This document shows, in pieces, positions 28,250-40,442 of a stretch of DNA of 64,000 bases (the first letter of the stretch is position 1; every line of letters starts with the position of its first letter). The notes below the pieces were generated by a model. It was not told where the DNA came from, did not search any database, and saw nothing but the letters and a program-made list of their open reading frames with translations. The stretch lies in assembly GCF_009914755.1 (NCBI RefSeq), contig NC_060926.1; one strand, given 5' to 3'. The position numbers were made by a program, and so were the translations under genes. The stretch is from the human T2T-CHM13v2.0 reference genome, Homo sapiens.

Positions 28250-31200
28250 CTCAGTTTTGAATCTGATGTGTAAAAAGCTTGAAAATAGATACTCCAGTTT
28301 TACCATAAGAAAAAGCTGGACAAACTGAAAATCAATTACTTTTCTAGGACTAATTAGAAAAAAATGATTTTTCAAAGCAAACTACCACCCAAAATTTGTA
28401 GACACAAGTACACCCATAGGGCCACACCTGAAATCCGCTTGCCTAGAGCAAAAACCACTGGAAACATACAGTGATAGGAACATGAACATGGTAATTTGGA
28501 AGAATTGCTGGAGGCTGAGCTGGACTAGCTTGAGAGTGAGATAATCCTGAGGTCTGCTGCCTCAGGGAGCCCCCACAGTTTTATGAGTTTGTCTCCCAGA
28601 ATCTCGCCAGGTTCTCATAGTGAAGCTAGGAAAAAGAGCCCCTCATGGCTTAGGCAGCTAGTGAGGAAGAATAATCATTATAAAATATTCCAAGAGCATT
28701 CTTCATGATGAAGGCCTACTTTCCAGGGTATGAAGGTTTTTCCAGAGCCTTATCCTAATTTGGGGAGGACATTCCTCCCACTCTAGTTTGATTCAGCATT
28801 CCTATTTCACCTAAGGGGATAAAAATATAATTCATGAGAGGTAAAGTAAATATTTTGAGAACACTGCAGCCAAGGAAAGGAGTACCGGGGAGTAGAAAAA
28901 GCTATGCGACTAGAGAAACCCTTGCAAAAGTCACAGTCCAAAACTCGGGAAATTAAGTTTTACTAAATTCTAAGAAGTCAGAATTTAATAAAAATGTTAT
29001 ATACTGTTCTCCACCCCCTATACTTTAACATAATACCGGTAGGGCTCCAGTATAATAAAGTGGATTACAGCAGGAAGAGCTGCAAGACACAGACTCTTTC
29101 TAAGAAGGGGCACTTAGGGAAGCCCAAAGTCAAGAGGAGAGACAAAAACATGGGCACTAAAGAAATTTGAAGCTCTAGAACTTACAGCTATAGAGAACAT
29201 TAAATCCAGCACAACTAGCCAGATTAATATAAATTCTCACAGTAAAGACTTATTCGCCTCAGTTTCTAATACCTAAACAATGTATCTGGCTTTTAGGAAA
29301 AACTACAAGGCATGCCAAAAGCCAAAAAAAAAAAAAAAAAAAAAAAAACACATATGAAACAAAGAAATCTTCAGAAGCAGACTTAGATATTACATAGATA
29401 TTGGAATTATGAGATAAAAAATTTTAAAAAGCTATGATGAATATGCTAAAGGCCCTAATGGAAAAAGACACAAGATACATGAAGAGATGTGTAATGTAAG
29501 CAGAGAGATTAAAAAACTAAGAAAGAATCAAAAGAAAATACAAGAAATCAAAAACATTATAACAGAAATGAAGAAAGGCTTTACATTAGACTCAACACAC
29601 CCAAGCAAATAATCAATGAGCTTGACAACTGGTTAATAGAAAATCCCCAAACTGAAATGTGCAGAGAAAAAAAATTAAAAAGCCAGACATAACATCCAAG
29701 AATTATGAGACAACTTAAACAGGATACCAGAAGAATAAGAAAGAAAGAACAATGCAGAAGAAACAGTTGAAGTAATAATGGCTGAAAACATTTTATTAAC
29801 AGGCACCTAGGCACAGATCCAGGAATCCTAGAGAATATCAAGCAGAATTAATAGCAAAAACAAAACCAAACCCAATATCTATGACATAAAAAAACATAGA
29901 AATGTCACATTTAAATTGAAAACAACCATCTTATATTCAACAAGGCTGATGAAAGCAAGTAATGGGGAAAGGATTTCCTATTCGGTAAATGATGCTGGAA
30001 TAACTGGCGAGCCATATGCAGAAGATTGGAGTTGGACCCCCTACCTTTCATCACATACAAAAATTAACTCAAAATGGATTACAGATTTAAATGTAAGACT
30101 TCAAACTATAAAAATCCTGGAAGACAATTGAGGAAATACTATTCCTGACGTCAGCCTTGGCAATACATTTTTTGGCTAAGTCTCCAAAAGCAATTGCAAC
30201 AAAACCAAAAATAGACAAGTAGAACTTAATTAAACTAAAGAGCTCTGCACAGCAAAAGAAACTATCAACAGAACAAACAGACAACCTGCAGAATGGGAAA
30301 AGTTACTCTCAAACTATGCATCTGACAAAAGCCTAATATCCAGACTGTATGAGGAACTTAAATCAATAAGCCAAAAACAAACCCCATTAAAAAATGAGAA
30401 GACACATCTCAACAGACCAAAAAAGTGGCCAAAAAACACGAAAAATGTTCACCTCACTAATCAAAAGAGAAATGCAAATCTCTCACAATGAGATATCATC
30501 TCACGTCAGTCAGAATGGCTATTACTAAAAAGTCAAAAAATAACAGATGCTGACAAGACAGTAGAGAAGACGGAATGCTTATACACTGTTAGCTGGAATG
30601 TAAATTGGTCCAGCCACTGTAGAAAGCAGCCTGGCGATTCCTCAAGGAACTTAAAAACAGAGTTACTGTTTGACTTAGCAATCCTATTACTGGATATATG
30701 CCCAATGGAAAATAAATTATTCTGCTAAAAAGACACACGCACTCATATGTTCATCACTGCACTATTCACAATAGCAAAGACATAGAATCATCCCAGATGC
30801 CCATCAATGGTAGATTTAAATAAAGAAAGTGTGGTACATATACACATGGAATGTTACATATCCATAAAAAAGAATGAAATCATGTCCTTTGCAGCAACGT
30901 GGGTGCAAGTGGAGGGCATAATTCTAAACAAATTAATAGAGAAACAGAAAATCAAATACCATATATTCTCACTTATAGATGGTAGCTAAGCATTGAGCAC
31001 ACATGGCTATAAATATGGGAAGGGTAGACACTGTGGACTACTAGAAGGTGGAGGGTAGGATGTCTTAAAAAAACTATCTATTGAGTACTATGCTCACTGC
31101 CAGGGTGACAGGACCTGTACTCCAAACCTCAGCGTTACACAATACTCTCATGTAAGAAATCTGTACATGTACTCCTTGTATCTAAAATAAAAGTTGAAAA

Positions 31201-31939
31201 TTTAAAGAAATTATGGAAAACTTAAAGACATAGAGGAAATCTTGAAAGAAGCAAGAAGAAAAAGAACTCTTCTATTGAAGAATAATAAGAATTACAAGCT
31301 GACTTCTCATCAGGAACCATGAAAGCATGGAAAGAGGGGTAAAATATACAAAATGTTGAAAATTCAACAGAATTATCCTTCAAATGGGAAGGAGAAATAA
31401 AGTCTTTCTCAGGCAAACAACAAATGAGAGAATTCATCGCAACAAATCTGACCAGAAAAAAATGTTAGAAAAAATTCTTCAAAAAAAGAGAGAAAATGAT
31501 GCAAGTCAGATACTCAAATCTTCATAAACAAAGGAAGAGCATTAGAAAAGAAATAAATGATGGCAAAATGAAATTATCTTTCTTCCTATTCTTAATCTAA
31601 AATATAACCATTTGTTTAAAGCAAAATTGTAACAAGGTATTGGGTGATTATAGGATATGAGGAATGAAGGACAGCAATGTGGCAGGGAAAGAAGGGAGGA
31701 GAGAATACTTGAGTATAAGGAATCCATCTGCACTGTAAGTGAAGCAGTATAGTGTTATTTGCAGGTAGAAACAGATTAGTTGAAAATGTATATTGTAAAC
31801 TCTAAGGCAATCATTACTTTTGGGAAAAAAAGTGTAGTTGGCATGCTAAAGGCGGAGATAAATGGGGAAAAAGAGAGAAAAATAAAGAGAAAATAGAATG
31901 AATAGTAAAGTTAAAACATGGCACATATTAATCCAACTA
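28250..31939 (+). mobile_element. Old L1M (L1MC/MD-type) 5'UTR-ORF1 region, interrupted by a younger L1
   Basis: A-rich sense ORF1-like sequence resumes after the insertion ('AAATCTTGAAAGAAGC...CTGACTTCTCATCAGGAACCATG'). Confidence 0.7.
29924..31207 (+). mobile_element. 5'-truncated L1PA16-like element
   Basis: ORF2 C-terminal region and a 3'UTR ending 'TGTACATGTACTCCTTGTATCTAAAATAAAAGTTGAAA'. Imperfect TSD AAATTGAAAAC/AAATTATGGAAAAC. Confidence 0.85.
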
Positions 31940-32260
31940 CAGTAGTCCCCACTTATCTGCAGTTTCATTTTCTGCAGTTTCAGTTACCTACAGTCAACTG
32001 TGGTTCAAAAATATTAAATGTAAAATTTCATAAATATTCATGTTTTAAATTGCACGCCATTTTGAATATTGTTAAAATGGTTTCATTTTGTTATTATTGT
32101 TGTTAATTTCTTATTTCACCTACTTTATAAATTAAACTTTATCACAGATCTATATGCACAGAAAAAAAACATAGTATATCTAGAGTTCAGTGCTCTATCC
32201 ACAGTTCCAGGCATCCAGTGGGAGACTTGGAGCACACCCGCTGTGGATAAGGGAGAACGA
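31940..32260 (+). mobile_element. MER44/Tigger7-type MITE
   Basis: Left terminal inverted repeat TA-CAGTAGTCCCCACTTATCTGCAG and a decayed right one, CTGTGGATAAGGGAGA. Confidence 0.75.
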
Positions 32261-32269
32261 ATGCCGGTG

Positions 32270-32865
32270 TGCCCCTGCTTCCATCCTTGCTGACTTACTA
32301 TGGCCTTACTGCAGTTCTCAGTACAGCAGCCAGTTACCTCTTCACAATATCAATCACCTCACATCCCTCCTCTGTTAAAAACTGTGTGAGGATATCCCAT
32401 TTTACTAGGAGCAAAAACTAAAATCCTTCCAGTGATGCCTACTCAACTTTCCAACCTCATTTTTGTGGTCTTGCCCTTGCCCTCTCCTCTCCAGCACTCT
32501 TGCCCTCCTGCACGAGAGGCAGACAGTTCTCCCTCCAGATTTCTCTATGACTAACTTGGTCACCTCTTCCAAATTTTTGCTCAAATGCCACTTTCTTTAG
32601 AGTCTACTCTAACCATCCAATTGAAAATTACAATCCTTCTTTTCCTCATTACTTCTCTCCATGCATGTTTTCTATTCTCCTTATCAGCTCTATCTCCCCC
32701 CAGTACTTTCGACTTTCAACAGATTATGAAGTTTATTTATTCCATTGATGGTTCATTATCAGCCATCCCCAATTCAATATAATTCCAACTAAGGCAAAAA
32801 TTTTTGTCCACTTTGCTGATCTTCTAGGACAATGCCTAGCTCACTATTTGTCAAATAAATGAAGG
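32270..32865 (+). mobile_element. L2 3' fragment
   Basis: Pyrimidine-rich L2-like body ('CTCAAATGCCACTTTCTTTAGAG') ending 'AATGCCTAGC...TTTGTCAAATAAATGAA'. Confidence 0.6.
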
Positions 32866-32957
32866 AAGTCATAACAATATCTACAGACTTCTTCTGATGT
32901 TTAAGGCTTACACTGTGACACACACTGTGATCTGGGCATGTACCTCATACCATAAAC

Positions 32958-33183
32958 CAGGATTCAACAAAGTGGCAGCACAGGGGCCAAACCCGGCCTG
33001 CTAACTCTTTTTGTAGTAAAGTCATTGGCATACAGACATGTTCATTTGTTTACTTATTGTGTATGGCTGCTTTCACATTAAAAAGGCAGAGTTCAGTCGT
33101 TGCTATAGAAATCCTGTGGCCCCAAAATCCTGAAATATTTACTCTCTGACCCTTTACAGAAAAAAAAAAAAATGCTGCCCCTG
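32958..33183 (+). mobile_element. MER58A
   Basis: 'GGCCAAACCCGGCCTGC...TATGGCTGCTTTCAC...AAATATTTACTCTCTGACCCTTTACAGAAAAA...CCCCTG'. Confidence 0.85.
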
Positions 33184-35224
33184 ATATAGACCACAGCCTT
33201 TGGCCCACTGTTTTTAAACACACAGACAAACAAAAAACTAAATACAAATTTCAAACCTGTCAGTTTTCCCTTTTGTCTGGCTTCCTGGACTGGTTTTGTC
33301 ACAGTTTTGTGATATATGGTCTGGCCATCGTTTGTATATTGAGTCTTCCAAGGAAAATGAAAAACACTTTAATAGAAAGTATTTGAGTAAATCATAGGAG
33401 ATAAAGGAAAAAGTTGAAGGAGGAAAGATGAAGAAGTTAGAAGGATGATTAAAGATAAGGAAAGGAACTGTTATATTTCTGATTAGATAATCGAAATTAT
33501 TTAGGTGGAGAGGAAAGTAGAACAAAAATCTAAAATATCTGAGTCATCAATATATGCCTTTCATGTCCCCTTAATAAAGAAAATACAAACCAAAGATCTG
33601 TGTTTTGTTAGTTTTTTTGATTGTTTTTAAGTTCCATAATCTAAAATAATACTCTCCCTAAGTTGGCCCAGCTTATTTTGACTGGAATTTTGATTAAAAG
33701 ACCAAGCATCTTCACACAGTCAGTAAAATATTCAGGAGACTGAAGAAACCCATAAGTGAATACAAAAGCACAGTTAGATTGATTGATAAGAACTGCCTCT
33801 AGCAATGTGTTATATCAACTCCTGGAGTTCTCTGCTTCTTGAGGGTCTGTTGACATTTCATTATCCACCTTGTAAGGTAAAGTTATAGCTCACCCATTCT
33901 AATTTCCACTCACTGAAATTATAGGTCACAAAATATTTCAGCTTAAATGCAACAATCCCTCCACTGTTAAAAAAAAAAAGGAATATAAAATGTCTTTTTA
34001 TTTCTGATTTTCCGATGGAATAGATTTTGATCAGTCTGAATTACTTTTGCTCACAGCTCAACAGTCAATAATAAATTCTGTATATCAAATAAATTATAAG
34101 AATTTAAATAAAGCCAGAGTTTAAAGTGGATTAATTTTTATGGCTTCCTATCTATAAAATGGTCTCATTTTTAGCAATTTCCTGCCCAAGAAAAACCCTT
34201 TTTAAAAATCAACTTGTCTTTGAAGCAGAATATGCACAGTGGCTTTTTTCATTACAACACTGAGCTTCTAAAAGTTGATTGATTTTCATGAGAAATCTAG
34301 CTTTTTTTTTTACTTGCTGATGAAAGTGAATCTATTGCAAATTACACATGTGAAATCTTTATTACAGTTTGTTACCTCAGTTTTAGAATTAAAGACAGAA
34401 CTATTTGCGCATGTGAAAATCATAGATGGCATATAAATGGGTGTTTTCTGAGTAGACATAGCCTATAGGGGTTTGAATATTTTTAAGTATTCATCAGGGT
34501 GCAGCCCTTTTTTAGGTTATAATTGTGAATCACTGTTGTTCTGGGTCTCTAGCTGGCATCAGATCTTCCTTAACCTTAAATCTCTGTAGATAATAAAACA
34601 AAAATAATAACACCATTTTCTCACTTGCTGGCACACAGAATTGGAAAAATAGCCCTGGCCTCTGAGTCAGGAAGTCAGTGTTCTGGACTTGTCCTTGCCT
34701 CTAGTAGACATGTGGTCATTGACAAGCCCTAACCTTTCTGGGCTATAGTTTGTTCACCTGCTAAAAGAGGGGTCTGCATTAGATAATCTCAGAGGATCCT
34801 TTTCAGCAACATTCTACAACCGTTAAAAAAAAAATGTGATTAACTGTCTAGGAGCTGACCTTCTCCAAATCTTGTTTTTTTCAAAGAGCAGAGGTGTTAA
34901 GCTAATGGTTTCTGTGGCCTCTGAAGAAAGCACACTTAAGCATTGTTTAATTTAGTAGTTTTATTGAGATATTTTCTCACACAATTATTACAAAAGCATC
35001 CATATTCTCTGTAAAATAAATGAATGGACAAGTAAAATAAGAAAATGCTTGCAAGACAATAAGCAAAAGGAACAGAAAGTGAACATATAAAAAGAATGAT
35101 TAACATTTATGTGTCTTTCTATTTCTAATTATGCAGCTACAGAAAATGCCAATGTAACAGCATGTTGGGATGAAAATAGAATCAAAGAAATTATCTGCTT
35201 GTTTCCCAAAAAGTTATTAATTAA

Positions 35225-35720
35225 TTTATCAACTCATTCACTTATCTGTTAATTCAACTAGTTTTTGATGTACTATGTGACAGGTGCTTTTCTTGACATA
35301 GGGGACAAATAACACAAGCAAGATCTTGTCATGAACAGAGCTTACATTTTAGTGGGCACTGACAATGAATAGGTGAACATATAAATAAATAATAAATAAT
35401 AACATTCACGGAGTGATAGTGCTATGAAGAAAATTTAAAAATGGAATGTAATAAAGAAGGGGCCAGGCAGCAGGAGACATGACAGGGCTGTAGATTGGTT
35501 GGATAGGGAAGGAGATGATCATTTGAATACCAGGAAAAAGAGAGTTCCAGGCAAAAGTAGCAGCAGGAGCCAAGACTCTAGGGCAGGAGAGTAGTTGGGG
35601 TTTCTAAGGAAAAGCAAAGGGTCATGGTGGCTGGAGTGTGGTGAGCACAAAGAAGTATTTAAGTTGTGATTAGGGGAAGAGCCAGGACCAGATCACATAG
35701 GAACTTTTAGGTAAAGGCAA
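35225..35720 (-). mobile_element. L2 fragment
   Basis: Antisense L2 3' end: 'ATTCAAC...TACTATGTGACAGG...GAGCTTACATTTTAGTGGG'. Confidence 0.7.
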
Positions 35721-35859
35721 AATAAATCAGTTCTTTTCATTTCTAAAGTTTATTCCATTTTCAGTGACCCAAATATACAGCTTGTTCCCTCTGTGGCACC
35801 TAAGAAAGTAGAATCCTGGATATAAGTAGAAATTGTCTCAGCAGATATCAACAGTAACA

Positions 35860-36090
35860 ATAATAACTACTAACTTTTACTGAGTACTTACACTGTGCCA
35901 GGCATTGTGCAATTGCTTTTATGTATTAATTCAGGTACTTCTTACACAACCCATGAATATCACAAAATCTTTTTGTAGACAAGGACACTGAAGCTTAGAA
36001 AGTTTCTATATGTCTTGTCAAAATCCACAAAACTAGAAAGTGGAAGATCAGAATTCAAACACAGATTTCTGATTCCGAACCCCAATATAG
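35860..36090 (-). mobile_element. MIR
   Basis: 'TTTACTGAGTACTTACACTGTGCCAGGCATTGTGC...GACAAGGACACTGAAGCTTAGA'. Confidence 0.75.
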
Positions 36091-36873
36091 ACTCATTTTA
36101 AATGTGATGAGAATAATGGAGTTCAGGAAGTAAGCATCTGGCCTGAATGAAAGCTCCATGAAAGAAGAGATCTTTGTTATGATGAAGCCATTGAGACATA
36201 GAGAAGTGCCTTTCACGTAGCTGGCAATCAAAAGAATATTAATTGAATAAATCTAAAATTTGCCATTTTGCAGAATTCAATATAACTGGAAGGGAAGGAT
36301 GGAGAATGGGTATCACTTCTCACTTATTTTCCAAATGTTCACATTTATTTATTTTTTCAAAATTTGTCACCTTTTCTTCTAAACAACTTTTTTTTGTTGT
36401 TTATTTAAACCATCAGTTGCTATGCCTCCCATGATGAACACTTTTTCTTGGCACTACTCTTATTTTCCTGTCCCGCTGCCTCCTTGTCTGATTCCCCCTC
36501 CATGACTCTTTTCTTTAGACCGTTGTTAATTTACTTTGTGTAATTCAGGCCACTGCATGTACACTCTTCGTGGAATCTAGGTCCTGCTTCGTTGTTTCAG
36601 GACCTAATTATGAGAAGTGTTCCCACTTTGCCTGAGCATTAGCCTTGCCCCTTACTGCGGTGGAACTTGACCAAGATAGCTGTGGATCTGGTGTTCTTTC
36701 CCTTTACACCGTGGGGGTGAGCAGAAGCAAGACAAGTTACTGGGAAGGAGTAAGAAGCACAAATGCTGAAAAGACACTGAAAGGGTGAAGGTTAAGAGAG
36801 ATTATCAGAAGACAGGTAACAAACAGAGTTACAAAGACAGACTTTACAGAGCAGAAAAACCAATAAAGAAATC

Positions 36874-37397
36874 TGTCAACCAAAAAAAAGACATTGGAAA
36901 AAAATTATCCCCAAATATGTTGAGTTTATCTGGGGATGAGAAGAAAGAGGATTATAATCTGGGATGCATGGAATGGCAAGCCACAAGTGCATTTGGTTAG
37001 GGAAGAGGAAAGGGAAGCTTTTATTGGCAAAAGGAGAGAGGTTCGCATTAGCTACTTAGAAAGAGAGTTCATTGGTTCCAGAGTCTCAAAGCCAGAATTG
37101 TTGTCAGCTTGCTGCTGGATATGCTGTTACTGGTCAAGAGTTCTTTATGAGAGCATCTTACCTAAATTACTGCAGTCCTCAAGAATGTCTAGTAATCAAC
37201 CTTGTCATAGAAACATACCTATACATGTGAAACATTTGCAAGCGATGCAAACTAGGGGATGCATAAAGGATGTGAAGGGATTTCTTGTGGCAACAGTTTT
37301 TATCTCAGACATGTAAGCTTGAGTCTCCTTTCCTTCAAGTCTTCCTGACCCTATTGTGTCTAGTTCTGACAAAAGCAGTTTTATCCTCGTATCCACA
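36874..37397 (-). mobile_element. Solo ERV1 LTR (MER67-like)
   Basis: TG...CA termini: the reverse complement starts TGTGGATACGAGGATAAAACTGCTTTTGTCAGA and ends GTTGACA. Near-TSD AATC/AATT. Confidence 0.65.
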
Positions 37398-37502
37398 AAT
37401 TCCACAGGCCCAAGAACAGATAAGCAGCCAAGAAATGGAGTATCCATCTAGCTGGAAGTCATAAAGTAGAGTAGGGCCAGCCAACCCAAAGAAGTAGAAT
37501 TG

Positions 37503-37959
<457 letters not shown>

Positions 37960-39540
37960 CTAAACAAGAGAGACATGCAGTGGCCAATGACTGATAGGGT
38001 CAGGGTGTCAGAAAAAGGATGGACATAGTTCCTTTGGTGATTCCTGTGCCACATGAACATATCTGCAAGGACTTCAGGCAGAATCGCTGGAGTAGGGCTT
38101 GGAGGAAAGGTAAAATGGCTTCATAGAAATCTCTCCTCCTATCTTTTTCTGGACTCCTATCCAGGATGGTGGTTTCAGATCAGGTCAAGCAGGAATATTT
38201 GTTAACATGAAAGGTATTTTATTTCTTAGGGATGGTCACTTGATGATAATGTTGGAATATTACTATTAGCAAATCTAAATTTAATTTCCCTTTTATTTCC
38301 CTTTCATGTAATGTTCAGAGTTTTCTTGATTAGGCCACTTCAGCATCATTAGCCACTATACTCAATCACCTGTGTTATCAGAACTTTGTGTTGATTGTTT
38401 GCTCATACTTGGCTAAGAGTTCTTGTCCTGGGGCCAATGAGTCTGGGCTTTCAAGGATGCCCTTCTTAGAGTCTGTGAATTATTGGTAACTTTATACAAA
38501 TTATATGTAAGTTTATATGCATTTAGTTAGTTTCTTGAAGGAGTCTATGACTCCAAGAAAGTAAACCGCCATACTATTTCCTCAGCCTAAAATACTTATT
38601 TTCCTATCACCATCTTTCAGTAACATTATTTAATCTTATCCTTTAATGTCTGGCTGATGCCGTCTACTTGTTAAACATATTCTAGATTGTCCAAGCCAAA
38701 ATTAAATAAGTCTTTCCTCTCAACTTCCATTATGGTTTGGATGAGTCTCTAATTGACAACATATTTCAATTTGCCTAATGCTAAGTTGATAATTAAATAT
38801 CTGTCTGTACTAATGGATTAGAAGTTCCTTGGGGAGACAAAGACCCATACATCATTCATCTTTGTGTATACTAATTGTAATAATACTTTATAAATAGTAT
38901 ATACACAAAAATAAAAACTTCTATGTTACTGAGCAGGATGCTGTTCATTTTATTGAATTTAACAAATTCTGGAATATATCTGTCTAGGTCCTTGGTACTC
39001 AGTGTACTTTTCGTTTCTTATTGACTTAAATTCCACTTGTTCAACCATACAATAGCCTCTGCCATGCCTGAGCAGCCCTATTCCCTACTTACAACCCCAG
39101 CCCTTAGTCTGACATAACACTGGCTCTGCCTCTAGCCCTAAGCACATCTCTCTGCCCGCCAGTATCCTATGGTTCTGTGTTAACTTCAGTTTCAAGTCAG
39201 CCTCTTAACACCCATTCGGAAATGACTTATGGAAAGGGAAAATAGGTACCAGACTCTGAACTTAGTATTGATCAAATGGTGGGCAAGAATCAATGCTGAC
39301 TTTCAATCACTACCTGTACTTTATTTGCAGAACTTATGGATGTTGATTTGATCGCTTATGTAGTATCATGAGTCACATCGGATTTTAATTCCACAAGGAT
39401 TCTGTACACCTGACTCATTGCTGGCCATAAAAAGACAATTGTGAATGCTGACTTCTGTTGGCCTCTAAGTGGCCTTAGAATACTATGTTGCTGCTTTGAG
39501 AATTTGATCATACGTACATAACCAAAGTTTGATCACCATG

Positions 39541-39588
<48 letters not shown>

Positions 39589-39864
39589 TCCTTCTTTCTT
39601 TCTTTCTTTCTTTCTTTCTTTCCTTTCTTTCTTCCTTCCTTCCTTTCCTTCCTTCCCTTTCTTCCTTCCTCCCTCCCTCCCTCCTTCCCTCCCTTCCTTC
39701 CCTTCCTTCCTCCCTTCCTTCCCTTCCTCCCTTCCTTCCCTTCCTTCCCTTCCTTCCTCACTTCCTTCCCTTCCTTCCCTTCCTTCCCTTCCTTTCCTTC
39801 CTTCCCTTCCCTTCCCTTTCCTTCCCTTCCCCTTCCTTCGTTCCTTCCTTCCTTCCTTCTTTCT
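39541..39864. repeat. Compound (CTTT)n/(CCTT)n/(CCCTT)n polypyrimidine microsatellite
   Basis: 324 nt with only two purines (A39760, G39840). Confidence 0.97.
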
Positions 39865-40177
39865 AGTTTTGTTATTTTTATATCGCTGCCATCCATGGAA
39901 TATCTTGTCCTAAAGCGGAAAGATTGCACATTAGCATGAGAGATGTCTCCTCTAAATATGAGATAGTTGCAAAGAAATCATAATAATAAAATGGAGTGTG
40001 CGCATAGTGTGCCTGTGTTTTCTCATTATGGTATATTTGGCTGTGATATTCTTGTATTGAATGTACCACTTGTATGTAATAAAAAATGATATGTGACCAT
40101 TTAGAATTATTATCTTTCTTTCATGACAATACTGGGGACTACTTTTTTATTGAAAAGGGTACTATCATTTGCATGTT

Positions 40178-40442
40178 AAATTTTTAAATGGATTTATTTA
40201 TTTTAAGGTACAAGTAATAGAGGGAAGTTTACTACAGCACTTTCTGGACTTTATTTTCTTTCTCTGTTGTTGTTTTTCATTTGTTCTGATGTCTTTCAGA
40301 TTCCCCATCAAATTTTTGAATGGATTTCTTTATTTTAAGGTGCAAGTAATAGAGGGAAGTTTACTACAGCACTTTTTAGACTTTCTTTTATTTCTCTGTT
40401 GTTGTTTTTCATTTTTTCCTGATGTGTTTGAGATTCCCCATT
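40178..40442. repeat. Two-copy tandem duplication, 132/133-bp units
   Basis: 40178-40309 versus 40310-40442: about 11 substitutions and 1 indel by manual alignment. Confidence 0.95.

Noticed and set aside
39483-39939. Longest ORFs (148 aa K/E/G/R-rich and 136 aa F/L/P/S-rich)
   Set aside because: Translations of the polypyrimidine microsatellite, which simply lacks stop codons.
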